Part shown: piece after piece, positions 61,428 through 64,000 of the stretch
Position numbering within the stretch: the stretch's first letter is position 1
Layout of the letters: every line of letters starts with the position of its first letter
DNA from: Gemmatimonadota bacterium
Lineage (GTDB): Bacteria > Gemmatimonadota > Gemmatimonadetes > Palauibacterales > Palauibacteraceae
Length of the DNA: 64,000 nucleotides
Assembly: GCA_963666735.1 (NCBI GenBank)
Contig: OY762926.1
Span: 1,600,001 to 1,664,000 of the forward strand
Direction: 5' to 3'
Notes under the pieces: model-generated
The model's database searches: none
Told to the model about the DNA's origin: nothing
The model's input: only the letters and a program-made list of their open reading frames with translations
Program-made: the position numbers and the translations under genes

Positions 61428-62450
61428 ATGACGCTGACCGATTTCATCGACCGTCATTACCGCCACTTCAACGCGGCGGCGCTGCGGGCGGCGGCCGAGG
61501 CATGGCGCGATCTGATCGACGGCGGAGGGCAGATGCTCCTCACGCTGGCAGGCGCCATGAGCACGGCGGAACTCGGGCTCTCCCTCGCGGAGATGATCCG
61601 GGCCGGGAAGGTGCATGCGATCTGCGCCACCGGCGCGAACCTCGAAGAAGACCTCTTCAATCTCGTGGCGCACGACCATTACCGGCGCATTCCCGACTGG
61701 CGCGCGCTCACCGCGGCACAGGAGAAGGATCTCGAGCGGCGGGGGCTGAACCGCGTCACCGACACCTGCATCCCCGAGGCCGAGGCGTTTCGCGCGGTTG
61801 GGACGCCGCTGGGTGAGCTGTGGCGGGCGGCCGACGCCGCGGGCGAGCGCCGACTCCCGCACGAGTACCTCTACCAACTGATCCGCGACCGCGCGCTTGC
61901 GGACCGCTATCGGATCGATCCGGCCGATTCCTGGCTGGTGGCCGCAGCCGAGGCGGATCTCCCCCTGTTCGTGCCGGGCTGGGAAGACTCTACGCTGGGC
62001 AATTTTCTCGTCGCGGAACAACTCGCCGGCGGACTGAGCCGCCCCGGCCCCGCGCTCGCCGGCACGGAGTACATGGCCGCGCTCGCCGAATGGTACGCGC
62101 ACACGACGACAGGCTGTGCGCTGACGGACCTCCCCGAGATCGACGCGAAGCCGGACGCAGGGCCGGAGGCAAGGCCCGTCGGATTCTTCCAGATCGGGGG
62201 CGGGGTCGCGGGCGACTTCCCGATCTGCGTCGTCCCGATGATCCGGCAGGACCTCCGCCGCTGGTGCCCCTATTGGGCGTACTTCTGCCAGATCAGCGAC
62301 TCCACGGCGAGCTACGGATCGTACTCCGGCGCCGTCCCCAACGAGAAGATCACCTGGGGCAAGCTGGACGTGGACACGCCGAGGTTCGTCATCGAGTCCG
62401 ACGCGACGATCGTCGCCCCGCTCGTATTCGGCTACGTCCTCGGCTGGTAG
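61428..62450 (+). CDS. Deoxyhypusine synthase-like protein
   Basis: 'HYRHFNAA', 'LAGAMSTAELG', 'TGANLEED', 'SYSGAVPNEKITWGK', 'ESDATIVAP'. Confidence 0.92.
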   Translation: MTLTDFIDRHYRHFNAAALRAAAEAWRDLIDGGGQMLLTLAGAMSTAELGLSLAEMIRAGKVHAICATGANLEEDLFNLVAHDHYRRIPDWRALTAAQEKDLERRGLNRVTDTCIPEAEAFRAVGTPLGELWRAADAAGERRLPHEYLYQLIRDRALADRYRIDPADSWLVAAAEADLPLFVPGWEDSTLGNFLVAEQLAGGLSRPGPALAGTEYMAALAEWYAHTTTGCALTDLPEIDAKPDAGPEARPVGFFQIGGGVAGDFPICVVPMIRQDLRRWCPYWAYFCQISDSTASYGSYSGAVPNEKITWGKLDVDTPRFVIESDATIVAPLVFGYVLGW

Positions 62451-62521
62451 CTGGAACCTGGCCTCGGAGCCGGCGATCCGCGCAACGCTCCGTCCCGGGC
62501 CGCTCGGTCTCCCTGCCTAGC

Positions 62522-63442
62522 CTAGCCACCGGTCCCGGAACGGCCGCTCTCCTGGCCGCCGTCCCCCAGGAGCGCCTCGAGGTCCCACCCCTCCAGGGCT
62601 TCGACCGTCGGGCGGTCCGTCCAGTCGAAGCGGAGCGGGGTGATCGTGACGAGACCTTCATTGTGCGCTTCCGTGTCGCTTCCGGCCGGGATGGGATCCG
62701 GCGGCCCGAACGCGGGACGGAACCGACGCTCTCCCTCGGCGTCCTCACCCGGCTCTGCGATGACCTCCTCGTAGTCGACGCGGAAGTAGCTCCCGCCCAT
62801 GGGGCGGGCCGCGATCCCCTGCGTCTCGGTCTCCGTCGCGGCGGGGAAGTTGAGGGAGTAGACAATACCGGCCTCGGGTCCCCGGCGGCGGAGTTCGGCG
62901 GCGAAGCGGGCGACGACGCCGGCCGCGGGCTCGAACCCGCCCGGGCGGCCGCCCTGCGACGCCGCTACGGCCGGTATCCGCAGGTACGCTCCCATCATCG
63001 CGGCCCCGATCGTCCCGGACATGTGCGAGACCTCGCCGATGTTCGCGCCCCGGTTGATCCCGCTCACGACGAGGTCGAAGCCGGACTCCGGCGCCAGTGC
63101 GCGGGCGGCGAAGAGGACGGCGCCGGCCGGGGTGGCCTCGACGCAGTGACCCGCCTCGGAGGTCCGCAGCCGGATCTCCTGGTTCAGGCTGATGCTCATG
63201 CTCGTCCCGCTCTGCTGGCCGCAGGGCGCGACGACCGTCACCTCGCCCACCGCGCGCAGGGCCTCCGCGAGTTCCTGGATGCCCGGCGACTCGATACCGT
63301 CATCGTTGGTGACGAGGATGCGATACGGGGATGTGCCTTCCGCAGCGTCCGCCGGAGCTTCCGATGCCGCGCCGCCGCACGCGAGGGTGCCGCCGCACGT
63401 GACCGCTGCCAGCGCCCACTTCGTCGCTTCCCTGGCCTTCAT
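62522..63442 (-). CDS. surE: SurE-family 5'/3'-nucleotidase with lipoprotein signal
   Basis: 'ILVTNDDG', 'VVAP', 'LVVSGINRGAN', 'SGTIGAA', 'VTITPL'; lipobox TLA-C. Confidence 0.88.
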   Translation of the reverse strand: MKAREATKWALAAVTCGGTLACGGAASEAPADAAEGTSPYRILVTNDDGIESPGIQELAEALRAVGEVTVVAPCGQQSGTSMSISLNQEIRLRTSEAGHCVEATPAGAVLFAARALAPESGFDLVVSGINRGANIGEVSHMSGTIGAAMMGAYLRIPAVAASQGGRPGGFEPAAGVVARFAAELRRRGPEAGIVYSLNFPAATETETQGIAARPMGGSYFRVDYEEVIAEPGEDAEGERRFRPAFGPPDPIPAGSDTEAHNEGLVTITPLRFDWTDRPTVEALEGWDLEALLGDGGQESGRSGTGG

Positions 63443-63565
63443 CGCAATCCCCCGCTCTTTCGTGTGTCTTGTGTTGTTCCGGGAACTTCCGACGAATAGT
63501 CTCGCCCGAGGCGGTCCTCGGGAACACCCACTCGCGTCCTCGGAGCCTCGGTCATGGGAGGAAAG

Positions 63566-63721
63566 GTGAAGAACACCGTGAAGACGATCGCGAAGCTGGC
63601 TGGTCTCGTCGTGGTGCTGAACGTCGTGCGCTGTACGGTGGGCGGGTTCATCGAGGGCTTCACCATCATGGAGCCCATGCAGCGTCCGCAGCCAGCGAGT
63701 CCGCCCGTTCCCAGCGACTAA
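63566..63721 (+). pseudogene. Short ORF or 5' remnant of a membrane protein
   Basis: GGAGG RBS; hydrophobic 'IAKLAGLVVVLNVV', GC-typical codons for about 35 codons, then runs into the convergent gene end. Confidence 0.3.
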
Positions 63722-64000
63722 TGTCTCACCTCTCTCAGCCCGGAATACGAGACGAGACTGAGTCTGTCGCCGTTATCCAGCACCGGCGGGACATCGCCTT
63801 CCCAATCCCGCAGCATGCCTCGGACCCGGCCGGATTCATCCCGGACTATGGTGATCCTCCGGGAATCCCGCTCATCGACGACCACTTGGCCTTCCGGCCC
63901 GCGAAGCACGATCCGGTCCACTTCACCCCGAGGCACCGGAACCGCGAAGAAAAAGTACTTGTTGCCGAGCTTGTCCTCGTCCGGCGCGAAACGGAACGAG
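63718..64000 (-). CDS. C-terminal end of a larger hypothetical protein (truncated by window end)
   Basis: Frame open to window edge: '...YFFFAVPVPRGEVDRIVLRGPEG...IVRDESGRVRGMLRDW'. Confidence 0.6.
   Translation of the reverse strand, partial: SFRFAPDEDKLGNKYFFFAVPVPRGEVDRIVLRGPEGQVVVDERDSRRITIVRDESGRVRGMLRDWEGDVPPVLDNGDRLSLVSYSGLREVRH

Overview
GC-rich bacterial chromosomal window with about 45 protein-coding genes. No rRNA, tRNA or CRISPR array was seen. The gene mix (many secreted or lipoprotein hydrolases, Ig-repeat and beta-propeller proteins, a DUF1592/DUF1552/ankyrin operon) resembles marine Gemmatimonadota, but that is inference only. Mobile and accessory content: a partial IS1380-type transposase, a complete IS1202-type element with a perfect 17-bp target duplication, two PIN-domain toxin-antitoxin pairs, an ABC-ATPase + PD-(D/E)xK nuclease pair, and an AAA-nuclease fusion. 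Most notable: (1) a NorC/NorB-like heme-copper oxidase-superfamily pair in which the helix-VI His/Glu residues are missing and the low-spin heme His is replaced by Met; (2) six strictly intergenic copies of a perfect parS-like palindrome CGTTCCCGCGGGAACG; (3) the translationally coupled ATPase-nuclease candidate defence module. All family calls come from motifs recognised by eye; no database searches were run.
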